A stretch of DNA of 64,000 nt from Podarcis pityusensis. Its lineage: Eukaryota. The DNA lies in NCBI GenBank assembly GCA_964106645.2, contig OZ067044.1, one strand, 5' to 3'. Shown one piece after another: positions 37,768 through 51,308 of the stretch; within the stretch, counting starts at the first letter, position 1; each line of letters opens with the position of its first letter. The translations under genes were made by a program, and so were the position numbers. The notes beneath the pieces were generated by a model. That model searched no databases. It had not been told where the DNA came from and was given only the letters and a program-made list of their open reading frames with translations.

Positions 37768-38059
37768 NNNNNNNNNNNNNNNNNNNNNNNNNNNNNNNNN
37801 NNNNNNNNNNNNNNNNNNNNNNNNNNNNNNNNNNNNNNNNNNNNNNNNNNNNNNNNNNNNNNNNNNNNNNNNNNNNNNNNNNNNNNNNNNNNNNNNNNNN
37901 NNNNNNNNNNNNNNNNNNNNNNNNNNNNNNNNNNNNNNNNNNNNNNNNNNNNNNNNNNNNNNNNNNNNNNNNNNNNNNNNNNNNNNNNNNNNNNNNNNNN
38001 NNNNNNNNNNNNNNNNNNNNNNNNNNNNNNNNNNNNNNNNNNNNNNNNNNNNNNNNNNN
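37768..38059. other. Assembly gap (292 N)
   Basis: Run of N. Confidence 1.
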
Positions 38060-41000
38060 CAGCACAGCTTCCCTGTGTCGGCTACGAAACTACTCTGACC
38101 ACCTAAATCAGGAGAATGAAAGGAGGCTGAATTGGACATTAGTACTGCAAATGACTGCCGTGATTGCCACTATTTCCCTCCTTCCCCCTCCCCCAAAAAT
38201 CAGCAAGCAAACCATGCGAGTTACAGTTAGACTGGTCTTCTCCCGTTTCATTTATGTTCTGCCACTTGCTGGTTTTCTGATCTGGTTTGTTTAGGTTTGA
38301 CATCAGCCAAATGGTGTAGCAGGATATCTCTGACAGATATTCTTACTGATTTAACAAGTAGCAGACCTTTGCAAAGATGGCTCTTCTACAGCAAGATTTC
38401 ATCTTTCTTAAAAAGCACACACACACACACACACACACCAAAAACCCCGTCTTTCTTCCCTTTCATCTTCTTGCCTTCTTTTTATTATTATACTTACTGC
38501 GTACTCACTACAGTTGTGAACTCTTGCAGGGGTGGGGATATAGCTACATGTAAGATTGTATTACCCAAAGGGCTTCTGTGTCTTTCCCCTTGAACTTTGC
38601 TAGCTTTTAAAACAGGAAATTAAAGCAACGAGTTACTATGTCTACAGTTACAGTGGGGCTATCTGTATGGTTTTCCTCAGGGACAAATACTCAGAATTGG
38701 CCAAATCTCAAAATCTTTATTCTGTTTTCACTCAGTTCTCAGCAGAGTATAATTCCTTTTAGTCAGTGGGAGTTTGCCAAAGTGAGCACAGTGTTCAAAC
38801 TGTGTGTGCCAATATTCCTACCAAACATTCATACTAGAAACTGGAGAGGGAATCAAAGTCAAAGGTAATTGGTTAATAGAGTTTTCGCATTCTTTTGAAA
38901 ATGTTGCATGTTTGGCATTTAGCAGATCTTGATACATTGAGAATGTGTCTGCTTATAGTTTACAACCTTTCCTTTTTTGCTCCTACTTAATACTAGTATT
39001 CTTGAAAAGATATACTGTACTGTACTTAATATTTCAGCTGTGCAGTGTGCTAAACAGTCATTTTTGTGGAGGTGGGAGGACTTGCTAAGCAGCTATGTAG
39101 AAATGTAGAACGCAGTTTCTCTAGCTCCCCTTATCCCTTGTTCTACTGTAATACTGTTCTACTGTAAAACAAATTGTAATTAAAAAAACCCCTCACACAT
39201 TTGCATACTTTTAGACCTTTCCTGTGGTCTCAGTGTACAGAAAACCCAGTGACAAACACTTCTGCAATAGCTGTAATAATAGTTTTGTTGCTTTTTTTAA
39301 ACCATTGGACATTTGCAGCATGCTATCCAATGAACAATGGAACAAAACAAACATTTTAAATGGAGCCAAAGATCCCACTGTTAGAGGTACCCAAGTAAAA
39401 TGTAACTTTAAAAATGTGCATATATAAAAAGAGCTGGTAGCTTCAGCCCCATCTGCCGTGATGCTATCATTCCAACCCATTGTTGTGTTCAGCAGCATAG
39501 CGAAGGCCACCTTAATATATGGAGAATTCAGAAAGCGGGAGGAAGATTACCCTCTTGCAGTCTACAACTATTACTCAAAACCAAATGATTTTTTTGCAAT
39601 TGAGTTCAGTTGGAAAGAGAATTTGCTCGTTGCTATTCAATAAATTAGCACACATACTTCTCAATATTTTCCCCCCAGAAGTGAGAATCTGCAGCTTTTT
39701 TTGGAATAAGCTAGAAAGTTGGTTTGGGAGCTCTGTAGCTCCACCCCACCTTTACTTTTACTACTGTGTAGTAAAAAAATAGCCTTGCCATCAAGAAGCT
39801 TTGGTTTCATACTTCGCAGTTAGTTGAACATATTAAGCTGCCTTCATATTGAGTGAGATGATTGGGTCCACCATGCCCTGTATAGTCTACTCTGATGAGC
39901 TGTGGCTCCCTGAGGTCGGCAGCAGAAGTCTTTCCCAATACTGCTGCCTGAGACCCTTATTTAAATCTGGAGATGATGCAAATGGAGGCTGAAATCCACC
40001 TGCCTGCTGATTTCACTACTTAAGGTGCCCTAGGCATCCTGGGCCTTGAGTCTTTGTCATCCTGATCTCTGGTGTTCTCAATAATGCAGCAACCCTTTGC
40101 TCGACCAAAGTGTCACCTGTCTAGGTGAGTTGTGCCATCTTCTATCTGAAGTGACAGCCATCTTTGAGTACCAGCATCTTAACTGACTTCGTTTTCATCA
40201 TCTCTGTTAGAGAAATAACGTTTTTGACAAGATGTTGGGTTTTCTTTCTCCCTCCTCTCCCTCCCCACTCTTTTCTTTCCTGCAACCTCTTAGAGCACTT
40301 GATCAAACATATATATTTCTGAAAGACTTTGCTTCCAAATGAAAGCAGCTTGAGAAAAGATGGAAACAGAAAGGAAGTTAAATGTTGATGGTGGAAGTTA
40401 ATGAATCAGGTAAAAGAGAGGACATGGTGTTAAAGAGCATGCTCTTAACAACTTTTCTTCTTCTCCACATAAAGAATGTATGGCAGTCAGTTGTGATTCT
40501 GACATCTGTTCTACCATGTAATAGTAATTTGTATAAGTAATGGAAACAGGTTAAATATTTCCATCCTAATGTTGCCAGCAGGGATAAAAACAAACATTTC
40601 AATGAAATATTCTTGACAGAGGAAGGTATCGGATGGACAGATTCATCTGCAGCTCTCCTTGACAATCCAAATACGTAAGGAAAATGGTTGTAGATGGATT
40701 GCCTAGAAGAGAAGGTGATGGAAGCGGAAGAGATGGGAAGCTTTCAGATGCCTTTTGCTTTAAGGGCTAGCATTCAGCCCAGTATGCAGAAGAACTACTG
40801 ATAGTCTTGAAGACCCTTCAGGTCTCTTACAGAGCTTCACATCGAAACAGAAACAACACATGCATTTTGCCTCCTTTTCTTACTTCTGTAAAAGTGGTGA
40901 TTTTTTTATTTTATTTTTAACTGCCTCTTACACTTCACTTGTGATCACCTTTTTGTTCTTCAGTAATTTTATATGCATGTGTGAAAGAGATTCAGGAAAC

Positions 41001-44000
41001 AGAGGTAGGGGGGAGTATATTAGTACAGAGAGTGAGTCTGGTTATTTTACAGTTCTGATTATCTTCTGATAGAAAAGTGGGGTACAAATGTCAGAAACAA
41101 ATCATAAATATATAATACATGCATGTAAACATAATGCAACATACTCATATTATAATCCCTAGAATGATTCATGCTCAATTTTTGTGTACACTAAATATTT
41201 AACAGTTACCATTTTATTTACTTCCTGCTTCATACTTTTCATTGTTGGGAATTTCTAACTGGATATTATTCTGGAAACTGCTTTGAAGTATTCTCTTCCT
41301 GAATCCACAAAATTTATCAGTTCATAGTTTGAGGTAGACCATGAAGCACAAAGCACTTGAAGTTGAAAAAAATTGGGCTTAAGCCAGTTTATTAACCTCA
41401 AGGTCACTGTAGTTGAGCTAACTAAAATGCAAATCTGCTTTAAAGTTTGTTTTAGATTCTGCATGAATGGGTTTTCCTGTTTTACAAAAATATATAGATA
41501 TGCATAAGCATGCTGATACGTATTATTATTTAAGCATGTTCTTAACTTGCTTGACGTGTAGAGTAAGAAAAGGATCAGTTACAACCGAAGGATTTTACAC
41601 ATTTCCTATATGTAGAAACACTCTCCCATGAACTTCTTCACAAGGCATATTAAAATGAATGAGACTAGAGGGACATGCGGGACACATGACATACTGTGTC
41701 TGTTTTCAGTTTCCAACCAGAATTAAGGGAACTACCCTATGCACAAGAAGCTGGCTTAAAGCATGCTAATGTAAAGTTATACCAGATTCAAACCCTGTTT
41801 AGCTGCAGGACTGCTCCTGTGCCCAAGTCTGGCAGAGGGAAAGTGAGCCTTTAGAATAGTGTTCTGTACTGGCTTGCCAAGTAATGTGACTGAGCTGAAC
41901 GGGCTTAAACCCTAACCTCTGTGGTCTCCCTCCCACTATGCCCTGCCCCAGTGCTCTAGCTTTCACTGAGCTGGTTGTGCTGGGATGAGAAGTTACACTG
42001 GAGTACCTTCAGCAGAGCTAGGGTTGGAGACTTAATGCCGGCCGGGCCAGAGATCCTAAGTTGCACAATCCCAGCAGACCCTGCCATAGGATTGCACCCT
42101 AAATTTCTCATTTTAATATGTTACATTGAAAACTACAGTGCTTAGCTTGTTTGTGACCAGGGTTGCTGTGATTATGAAACAGAAGTACACACAAACAAAC
42201 ATATGCTCAGTTACAATATTGAAATTAAGTTTTAAACATTTTGCCCTCAACAAATAATTATTTGGCACCACTGAAATTGCATGAAGTTTAATTGAGTAAT
42301 AATTAAAAACAGTGTGGAATCAATTTCTTGTTGAACTCAATGGCACTAATTCTTACAGATTTTAGCAGTTGTGGCTGCTATAATGGTAATCTTTTGCCCC
42401 CTTTAAAATAACGATTGTGGGGAATGTGTGTTTTGTATAGCAGAATAGAATAAATGTATGCAGAAAATAATAGAACAATTTAAACGGAACTGTGACTAAG
42501 AAACAGTATCACTGTATTCAATAAATAATATTATACAATTGCCCACCCCCACAATACATTATCATTATCCTATCCAATTTGCTTTTGGCTTTTCAGACAT
42601 GGTCTGGGTTATTTACAGTGTACACCTTCTCACTGAAGCAAACACAATGTCCTATACCACTAACACATACAATATATAGCACCTTGTGTCGACTTACATT
42701 AGAATACACAAATTTTAATGCTGTACAAAGATGACAGCATATCTATGGGGAGACATTGGCATCCAGAAGGCATATCATATGGGCACAGATTTTTAACAAG
42801 ATGTAATAATAGAAAACAGGAAAACAGATACTCTCGGTCTTCCTATAGCTGTAATTTGTAGGATTTCCCTCCTGCAAAATTACAGAGAGAGACAGAAAAT
42901 GAGACAAGAGAGGCTTGCTTGCATTGTACACTATAATATAGGTTGTTGCAAGTATATTTTTAGGCATCTAGAAATCAGAATAGAGTGCTTGGTTTAAATA
43001 TTTCTCTGTGATTATAGGCCACAAATGTAACCCTGCATCACACTTTTAAAATACCTGTGCTGACACAGGAGCCAAAGGAAGAAATTCAGTGGGAAATGTT
43101 TTATCACAGCGTTAAATAATTAGCTGACCTCCCTGACAGTTTCATATAGTAGCAATTAAATGCAAGCCTTTCTCTTTTCTTGATGTAGAATATTGCAGCA
43201 TTTGACTGCAAACAATTGCAGGACAAAATTTCAAAGCTTTTAATTTGAATAAACAGCTTTTAAAAAACATCAAAACATCACTGTCTATTTCCCGGTGTAT
43301 TCTGTGTTAGTAGCAACTTTATAGGCGTAAAAAAAAAGAAGAAGACGACATTGACCTTGTGAAATAGTGTATATTATTTGTGTTAACATTTTCACTATAA
43401 ACATTATTTCTGAATCCTAAGTATTTATCCTACAACAACAGGAATATTTCAATGAAATGTCCCCCCCAAGGCAATTCTATAATTTAAACCATGATGAATT
43501 ATAATATTAACAAATGCACATCTGTGTATGTGTATAGTGTAGCATAGCTGTGTAAATTCAGTTGACATAAGGAATATTTTTTAAACGTTGAAAATCAACG
43601 CAGTAAGTGTGTTCTGAATTGCTTTGTGCTCCCCTGTATAGCACTCTCATATTGTGAGCATTGAAGCAAGCTAATTTTGTCCAATAATAGTAGACAATAT
43701 AAAAACGTTTTGTAATTATTATTATTGTGTGATATAAGCAGCAGTTTACAATAAGATTTTATAGAACAAGCAAAGTAACATGAATAAAAATATATAATGT
43801 TCTCTCATTTTATAGGCACTGCAAACCAAAGTAAGTAAAAAGCAGAATTTCAAGCTCAATGCTTGTCTTTCCCACTTGTGGGTGAACAGCTAACTTTCTA
43901 TGGAGATTTCTTTTCCCCTTCGTTTGCGGCTAGGTTACGTTGTATAAATAACAGAAGAAAATCTTTACACCCAGCAAAAATGCATGACTTGCAACCGATA

Positions 44001-45161
44001 GTACAGTTCACAACCACAAATAATGAGTTAGCAAAAATTTATGTTACGGAGTAATTATTAACCAGATATGTACAGCCTGTTTTGGAGCAGTGTTGGTGTT
44101 GATTCCAATAAGGGTTATAGGATATGTAAATACCTATAGACAAAATAACGACCAGCATATAAATTATGTGAATTTTTTCTCAAGAGACTTCTAGTGAGCT
44201 TTAACTTTGCAATATGTATTACTGAAATATCACAAGATTATATTATTGCGTAGCAGTTTGTAATGCAAATGGTGCAATTCTATGCATGTTTACTCAGAAG
44301 TAAGTCTTGCTGTCTTCAGTGCGTGTGTTTAGGTTTGCAGCCATATTTATTTTAGGTAACAGTTGCAACTTTTCTGTTATTTAAATCCAGTAACAAGGTC
44401 TTGATACAGTATGCTTAGCTGTGTATGTTGTTGCAAAGTTAGGAACGTGTGCATTTCCCCGTACTGTGTGAAATTTAGAACATTTTAAAAATCACAAGCC
44501 ATTTTTGCAGCACAAATGTTAAAAACAATGCATTTCTAAACCCTTTAAAAATAAAATTCAGCATTACTATGCTAGTCCACGGAAAAGCACACATGGGCTG
44601 ATGCAAAGCCTCATATGTACCCAAATGCACAAAGCTTGTGTGTGTGTATATGGAGCCCTATTTATTTTAATAGAGAGGTCAGCCTTGAGGATAAGGGAAC
44701 CTTGTGTGCATCATACCTCCTAAATAGCTCACTTAGGGTGACTGTGATCCTGATTCCATGTTCTTCTGTGTAGACGTTGTAGTACACAGGGTGTAAGAGG
44801 ACGGAGTGTAAACATACCTTATGTCTCTTTGCAAAAGCACTGGCAGATGGACCTCTGTGTTAAAGCAGCATCAGTTTGTACAATGATATTTTAGGGATAA
44901 GAAAGTGTTTCTTCTGTTGGACTGATTTTGGTGCAACCTTTAAATGGCTAGTAACTGTAGCAAGCTGATTTCCTATTGTCTTCCGAAGCAAACGTGGTGT
45001 GCCACTGCTGGACTAAAATGCCATAATGGCTTTTACTGTAAGTCTCAACCAACTATGAAAGGGGATAATGCAGAGCAAGGTAAATGGCAGGATAAACTTA
45101 CTCATGTGTCTACCTTTAAGTAAAATATTGTAATACTGAATTTATGGGCTTTTATCCATAG

Positions 45162-45193
<32 letters not shown>

Positions 45194-45237
45194 CGGAAAG
45201 AGAATCTTTGTGTACACACACACACACACACACACAC
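45162..45237. repeat. Compound (GT)n(GA)n ... (CA)n microsatellite
   Basis: Direct reading. Confidence 0.9.
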
Positions 45238-46721
45238 CATTAAGAGTAACAAATGGCAATATCAATCTAGGCTTATATCCCACCTAGAAAGATAACCCCT
45301 GGCTTTTTCTTGCACTTTCCTGCAGAAAAGACTTGGACTAAGTTTCGTTTATTTTCCTGGATCTCCTTAGCCCTGATAAGATTCAGTATTATTCTCTTCA
45401 AACGTCTTTTTCAGTTATTAGCAGTGGTTTACTAGAAACCACATTCTTTTAAAATGGTCCCTTTTAGTAAAATAAAATGAGGTCTGGTGGGAGGAGAGGA
45501 AGGTCTAATGGATCTTAGTAGCAGAGAAAAGTACTGGACTGTGCTGGTAGGTGAAAGGGAATAAGCAGGCCTCCTTTTTTTGGCACACAGATTTTCGAAA
45601 TGTTGAATGCTGTTGAATTATGAGACCTAGGGGAATATCTTGCATCTTAGCATATGTTTCTAAGATATTTTTTTTTAAAAGAAGATTCCTTATGGGGGAA
45701 AACCCAATGCTTTTAAAAATAAGAAATCCGCAAAGTAAGCAATTAGAATTATCTTGTGGGGAAAAGCCCACCCAGCATTAGTCAGGAATTTTTTTCCACC
45801 CCACCTTTCACTATATCCCGTTTTGCTGCTTTCTCTTTTCCTGAATTGCTCCTGATCATCCCAATTTAGCTAAGGACGATCTGCTTATGGAAAAGAAAGC
45901 TTCCCATGTGGTTCTTTAGCTGGATGGGAACTGTGTGGGCAAATAGGTGCTACATACTTGAGATCCATTTCTCATCCAGCAGCTGGGGCCGTGCACTAAA
46001 GATTAGAATTAGAATTGGGGGAGCAAGAGACGCTATTCAATTGCTTCTACGCCCCTTTTCCTCAGGATGTTGAAAGAGCTGTAAATGTGGAGCTCCAGGT
46101 GCTCCTTGGGTTCTCGGTTGGATCAGAGCCACTGCACGCACAACGTGCCTAATACATAAATACATTTTGTGTGCAAACATTCATTTCAAATATTTTTCCA
46201 TGTTCTGTGAACAATACGTATAAGAAAAACATTTCCTGTATCCTTAAGCTCATTGACACACACACATATACACACTCACCTATTAGTACGTAGGACATGG
46301 TTTTTCTAGCAAAGTATGGTTTCTAGTAGAGTGGAGCTGACATGGCGTACAAATTATTTCTACTACAGTGCAAAAATCTATCTTTATCACTTAGGGTGCA
46401 TGCCTGCCACTTCTGTGAATTGGGCCCTTAGAATAGATGTATTTTGATCTAATGGCCATCTGCTCATGAATATCACATTTGCTAGTTTAAAAAATAGTTT
46501 GATTCCGATAAACACGTAATTTGGTAAGATTATATCGTTTCACCAGGTGGCATCACAATAGCAAAGTTTGATGTTTACTGTAAGCCAATAATCAAGCTGG
46601 ATATTCCGTTGCATGCTTTATATTTGTCAGCTTTAAGTATTCATCTCTCATTTTACTTTAGTTTTCGCTGCCAACTGCTCTTGCCAGAATTGTTGTGTGA
46701 TATCTGTGTCATAGTTTAACA

Positions 46722-46859
46722 CAGAGATGGAGAACCTGTGGCATTCCAGGTGTTGTTGGACTCCAACTCCTATCATCCCTAGGCAGCATGGCCAGTGGTC
46801 AAGGATGATGGGACTTGGAGCCCAACAACACATGGAAAGCCACAGGTTTCCCATATCTA
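46722..46859. mobile_element. Palindromic hAT-like MITE; related copies at ~6838-6947, ~15546-15655, ~58712-58797, ~60500-60610
   Basis: aacctgtggc..gttgttggactccaa..catc / gatg..ttggagcccaacaac..gccacaggtt fold-back; degenerate 8-bp flanks gtttaaca/atttagca. Confidence 0.7.
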
Positions 46860-48748
46860 ATTTAGCAAAAGGCTAAAGTGCTGCAGACCATTAGTATGAG
46901 CCAAAAATCTGTAGCAAGGTGTCACCTTTGGTTTCACCAGCTCTTTATAATTTAAATGCACCTTGGGGCTTATACTTCAGGTGTAGAAAATGGTATGTAA
47001 TATTCAAAGTCAACACTGCAGGATTACCCTGAGGAACTTGTCACAGTAAGTCAATAATGACGTCCCTTCAATATCTATCCCTTTTTTGTTATTGTTTAAT
47101 TCGACAATGCATTTCAGTTGCTTTCAGCAACTGAAGACACACAGCATTTTATCTGTGGGAAACTGACCCACTAAGTTTACCAAGAACTAAATCCATTAAA
47201 ATTTCAAGGATCTGGATACCCAGAGAAGTTGTAATATCCACCTACATCCTCTGTGCCTATGTTAAGAATATAATGTCTGATCCTTTTTTTTTCCTGTTCA
47301 GCTATATTGCAGTTAAACTTACCCTGGTGAGTAGCCACACTGTTTAAACTAGCTTGGTGCTTTTCAAGGAAACTCCATTAAGAAGAATCCATGTAAAAAC
47401 TGTTTGGCACTTGCACATGTTATCGTAGTAGTTTGGGCATCACAGTAAGCCATGATTTATCATGACAGGAATGATCGACAGGCTTTTGAAAGGAGGAAAT
47501 TGGAAGCTTTCGCTTTTGATTAACTTCAGTCAAGCATTGCATGTGAACCCTAAACTGTGGTTGATACTAACTTTGGTTTTCCAGAAAAAAGCAGTTTCCT
47601 AACTCATTTGAAATAAACAAATTTCAAACAATGAGTCATAGCTAAAATTAATATAGCCATAGTTTCTCAGGTTTGGGCCCTTTTGGTAAAAGACAAGTCT
47701 GGTCACAAAAAGGAAGCAAAATCTTCCAATCGCCTCCTTGCAACACTGCTGGAGAAAGAGGGGAGAGAAGGGAGCATTTGAGCCCGAAGTTGGCTGTGGC
47801 CCATCGCTGTCAAGATTAACCCTTGTTTTTTATATTGTCCAAAAACAGTCATCAGCAGGCTTAAGGAGCAATCCTGTAGGAGGATCTGCTGGGATGAGTG
47901 GGTTAGGATCCAGCAGATCTCTGGCTCAGCCAGGAAGGTCCTCATGCAGCCAGATTATGCTGGCCTAACTTCCTCACCTTCATGTTAGCCAGAAATAAAC
48001 CAGCATATGTCCCCCATACCAGCTCAGGCAGGACTCGGCTGACTGAGTCAAGCCTGGCAGATCTTAAACTGGAGTAAGCCCTGAAAAGGGGGCATGGTGG
48101 GGGTGGGACTGGGTGGGGTGGGGTGGGGTGGGGGCACTTAGGCTGGATCCAAAACCCATTCAGGTTGGTCACATGACCTGGCAACCTGATATAAATTAAG
48201 CTGGCAAAAAGGGTAGTGTACCTCAAGACACCAGCTTCTTGTGTATAGAATTGCTCCCTTAATTTTCCGATAATTTTCCAGGTGCTCCAGCTTTTTCCTA
48301 CTGAAATTTCTTTGATCTGTTAAGGTTTAAAACTTTTTCATTTCCCCCCTCCCTTTTATTCTAAATATTTTAAGTCTATAGAATAGAGCCTTCAGTAGCA
48401 AAGCACTGCCATAGGGTGCAAGACTAACCCTAGATCTGCCAGAATGCGCAAGTTAGGATTCGTCACAGTGCCTTCATTCTGGCTCAACTGTAGCTAAGCC
48501 AAGATTTGTGGAACATATGCCCTGAAAAAATGAGTGTTCCGAGGGAGAGGGGCAGGACTAAGCACACACTGGATCATCCTGGTCACATAACCTGGTAATC
48601 TGGCGTAACGTATGTTGGCAAAAAGGGTGCTGTAAATCAAATTCTGTTTATAAGGCATGTTTTCCCTCTGCCAGGCTTAGATTGACTCAGTTGGCAGTAG
48701 CCCACTCTTGAATGGTGTTTTGATCTAGCAGACTTCACACTGGTTCAA

Positions 48749-48794
48749 TTATATTATATTATATTATATTATATTATATTATATTAATTATATT
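48749..48794. repeat. (ATATT)n microsatellite
   Basis: Direct reading. Confidence 0.9.
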
Positions 48795-50314
48795 GGCTCC
48801 CCATACTTGGGATTGTTCCTTTTGTATTTCTCTTTTTTGACAGCTGTTTCAACATTTTAAAAAATGAGCTATTCTTTAATTTTGCACTATGAATGATGTC
48901 ACTGGGTTGGTGGGGGTATGTTTAATGCTATTTATATCCGACCATGCATCATTTCAGATGCATAAATCTTAATGCTTCTTAAATTAATGTTGTGATAACA
49001 GCAACGCTAATAAAAAGAATCCCCTGTCAATTTGTACCATCGTTTACATTTCAGCCTTTCAGTAATGGGTAGAGGAAAGCATATTTGCCCAGTGACTAAT
49101 TGTTCTTACCTTACTTTCAAATCCAAGTGTATATTCTAGCTCAGTTGCCATTATTGCCAAGGTGCTCTATTGGACTATCCATCTTGGAACTCTGATACGC
49201 AAGTTCAAATTTATCTTCAACCATAGATTGCTCTAAGGCTGCTTATACAAACTTAACAGGAAGTAACTCCTATAAGCTCAGTGGGACTATTGGAATAAAT
49301 GTGATTATTCATGTTAATGTCTCTGAGCCATCTGTAAAATAACAATAGTAGAGGTACCATTGTGTGCTTTACATGTAAGAACCCAATGTTTTGGGATGCT
49401 TCGAAGTTGGGAATCCAGGAGAGAAAGTGGCAGTGTGAGATGATTGGCTGGGAAGAAAAGGTTTGTCAAGAGCAATGGGATGCTGAGACTTGCTTCATGG
49501 GTGGGAAAGGAAAGGCGGAACTGGAAGAAGATGGATCAGGTTCTAAGCCAATTAGGAAAATTCTGGAACAAAGATCTTTGAAATGAGTGGTACTGGGACT
49601 TCTTGATCATCTGTGTGACTTGAGATCAAGGCACTGGATGTATAGGGGTATTTTCTAAAATAGAAAGGGAGATATAGAAGGAAGATAAAAGTTTCACAGG
49701 ATTGCTTTTGTGAAGTAAGGTGATGACTCTTTGTGTATGAAAGATTCCCAGCTTCTGGAGCCCAAAGCTTCAGCTTTTGTGCTCAAGTTGGGGTTTAATG
49801 ATTAAAATAAAACAAAGTCTAAAATCTTGTCTGGCTGAGTAAGAATGGGTGTAACACATTCTGAAGTGGTGATAGCCTGGAAGTAAACTTGCGGACGATC
49901 TTGTTTCTTCCCAGCTTAGCAAAACAAACAAAAGGTTAGAAATAAACAGGCAACTGAAGACATTAGCTGCCAGCCAGGTCTTCACAGCAGAACCTTGGGG
50001 TTATGATTTGCCAATTTAATAAACAATATCCAGGGATGGCCCAGGAGGTCAGGGTTGGAGACAACAGGTATATCAGAGGGTTGATGATTTTGTGCCAAAT
50101 AAGAGAGCATTTCATAGAAGGTGCTACCCCTGGCCCTTGGAAATGAAAGAGGCTTCTCCTGTGTCTTCCATTTCTAAACTTAGCCTTCCTCTATCAAAAT
50201 TAATCAAAATTAGGGCTATTTCATAACACCACTCACAAGGTTGTTTGGAAGGAAAAATATATAAACATTTCAAATCATTGTTCACATTAATGGACTAATA
50301 TAAGTAACAGTAAA

Positions 50315-50679
50315 GGGACGCGGGTGGCGCCGTGGGTAAAACCTCAGTGCCTAGGACTTGCCGATCGTATGGTCGGCGGTTCGAATCCCCGCGGCGGGGT
50401 GAGCTCCCGTCGTTCGGTCCCAGCTGCTGCCCACCTAGCAGTTCGAAAGCACCCCTAAGTGCAAGTAGATAAATAGGTACCGCTTTCTAGCGGGAAGGTA
50501 AACGGCGTTTCCGTGTGCTGCGCTCTTGCTGGCTCGCCAGAGCAGCTTTGTCACACTGGCCACGTGACCCGGAAGTGTCTCCGGACAGCGCTGGCCCCCG
50601 GCCTCTTAAGTGAGATGGGCGCACAACCCTAGAGTCGGACACGACTGGCCCGTACGGGCAGGGGTACCTTTACCTTTTT
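50315..50679 (+). mobile_element. Sauria SINE (full length), second copy
   Basis: About 11 substitutions relative to the 10256 copy; 14-bp TSD tataagtaacagta at 50299-50312 and 50680-50693. Confidence 0.93.
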
Positions 50680-51269
50680 TATAAGTAACAGTAGTACATG
50701 CTTCTTAATAATAATTCATAATTGATGATAAATTTGTTTTACATCTGCCCTTCTTCATTACCATATAACTTTATAAATGCTTATTTGCTCATGTTTAGTG
50801 CTTCAAGTAGTATGTAGTGTTGAGTGCTGGACTTGGATGATGGAGATTTGAGTTTAAATTCCTACTTACCTTTGAAACTCACCAGATGACCTTAGTTGTT
50901 GTACAAATAAAATGAGACTTAGAAATGTAATAAATGAATAAATAAAAAAATAAACACAACCTTTTACCTAATTTATTCCAGAAAATCCCAATTAGTTGCA
51001 GTGGCAAAATAAGTGTTGCAAATCAGAAAAAGTGGCTGAAGAATGAATTCTTAGCTTTATTCATACCAGGTTATTCTGTTAGTTAAACATAAATCCTGCT
51101 GAAATGTCATGGTATATTTTTAATTGCAACTGAAAATGCCGAATGCCATGCTTAAATTGACAGGATGTGTATCTTCATAAAGCTGAGAAATAGGGATATG
51201 TGATCTAAAATGTAAGCCTCAGTCTCACTGTAGTAGAAACAGTGGTGGGAATGAAACGAAATGTGTACG

Positions 51270-51308
51270 TTCTGTAATGAATTTTTATTTTCTTATGTAT
51301 TTTTCTAG
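51270..51308 (+). promoter_or_regulatory. Polypyrimidine tract and 3' splice acceptor of TSHZ1 intron 1
   Basis: T-rich tract 'aatttttattttcttatgtatttttctag' ending in AG directly before the conserved in-frame coding sequence. Confidence 0.92.

Larger units (their letters stand above)
1..51308 (+). other. TSHZ1: TSHZ1 intron 1 (distal part)
   Basis: No MPRRKQ-type first exon or CpG island seen upstream in the window. Vertebrate TSHZ genes have a short exon 1 followed by a very large intron. Confidence 0.8.

Noticed and set aside
37672-38139. ORFs of 116-155 aa
   Set aside because: They span the N gap and are artefacts
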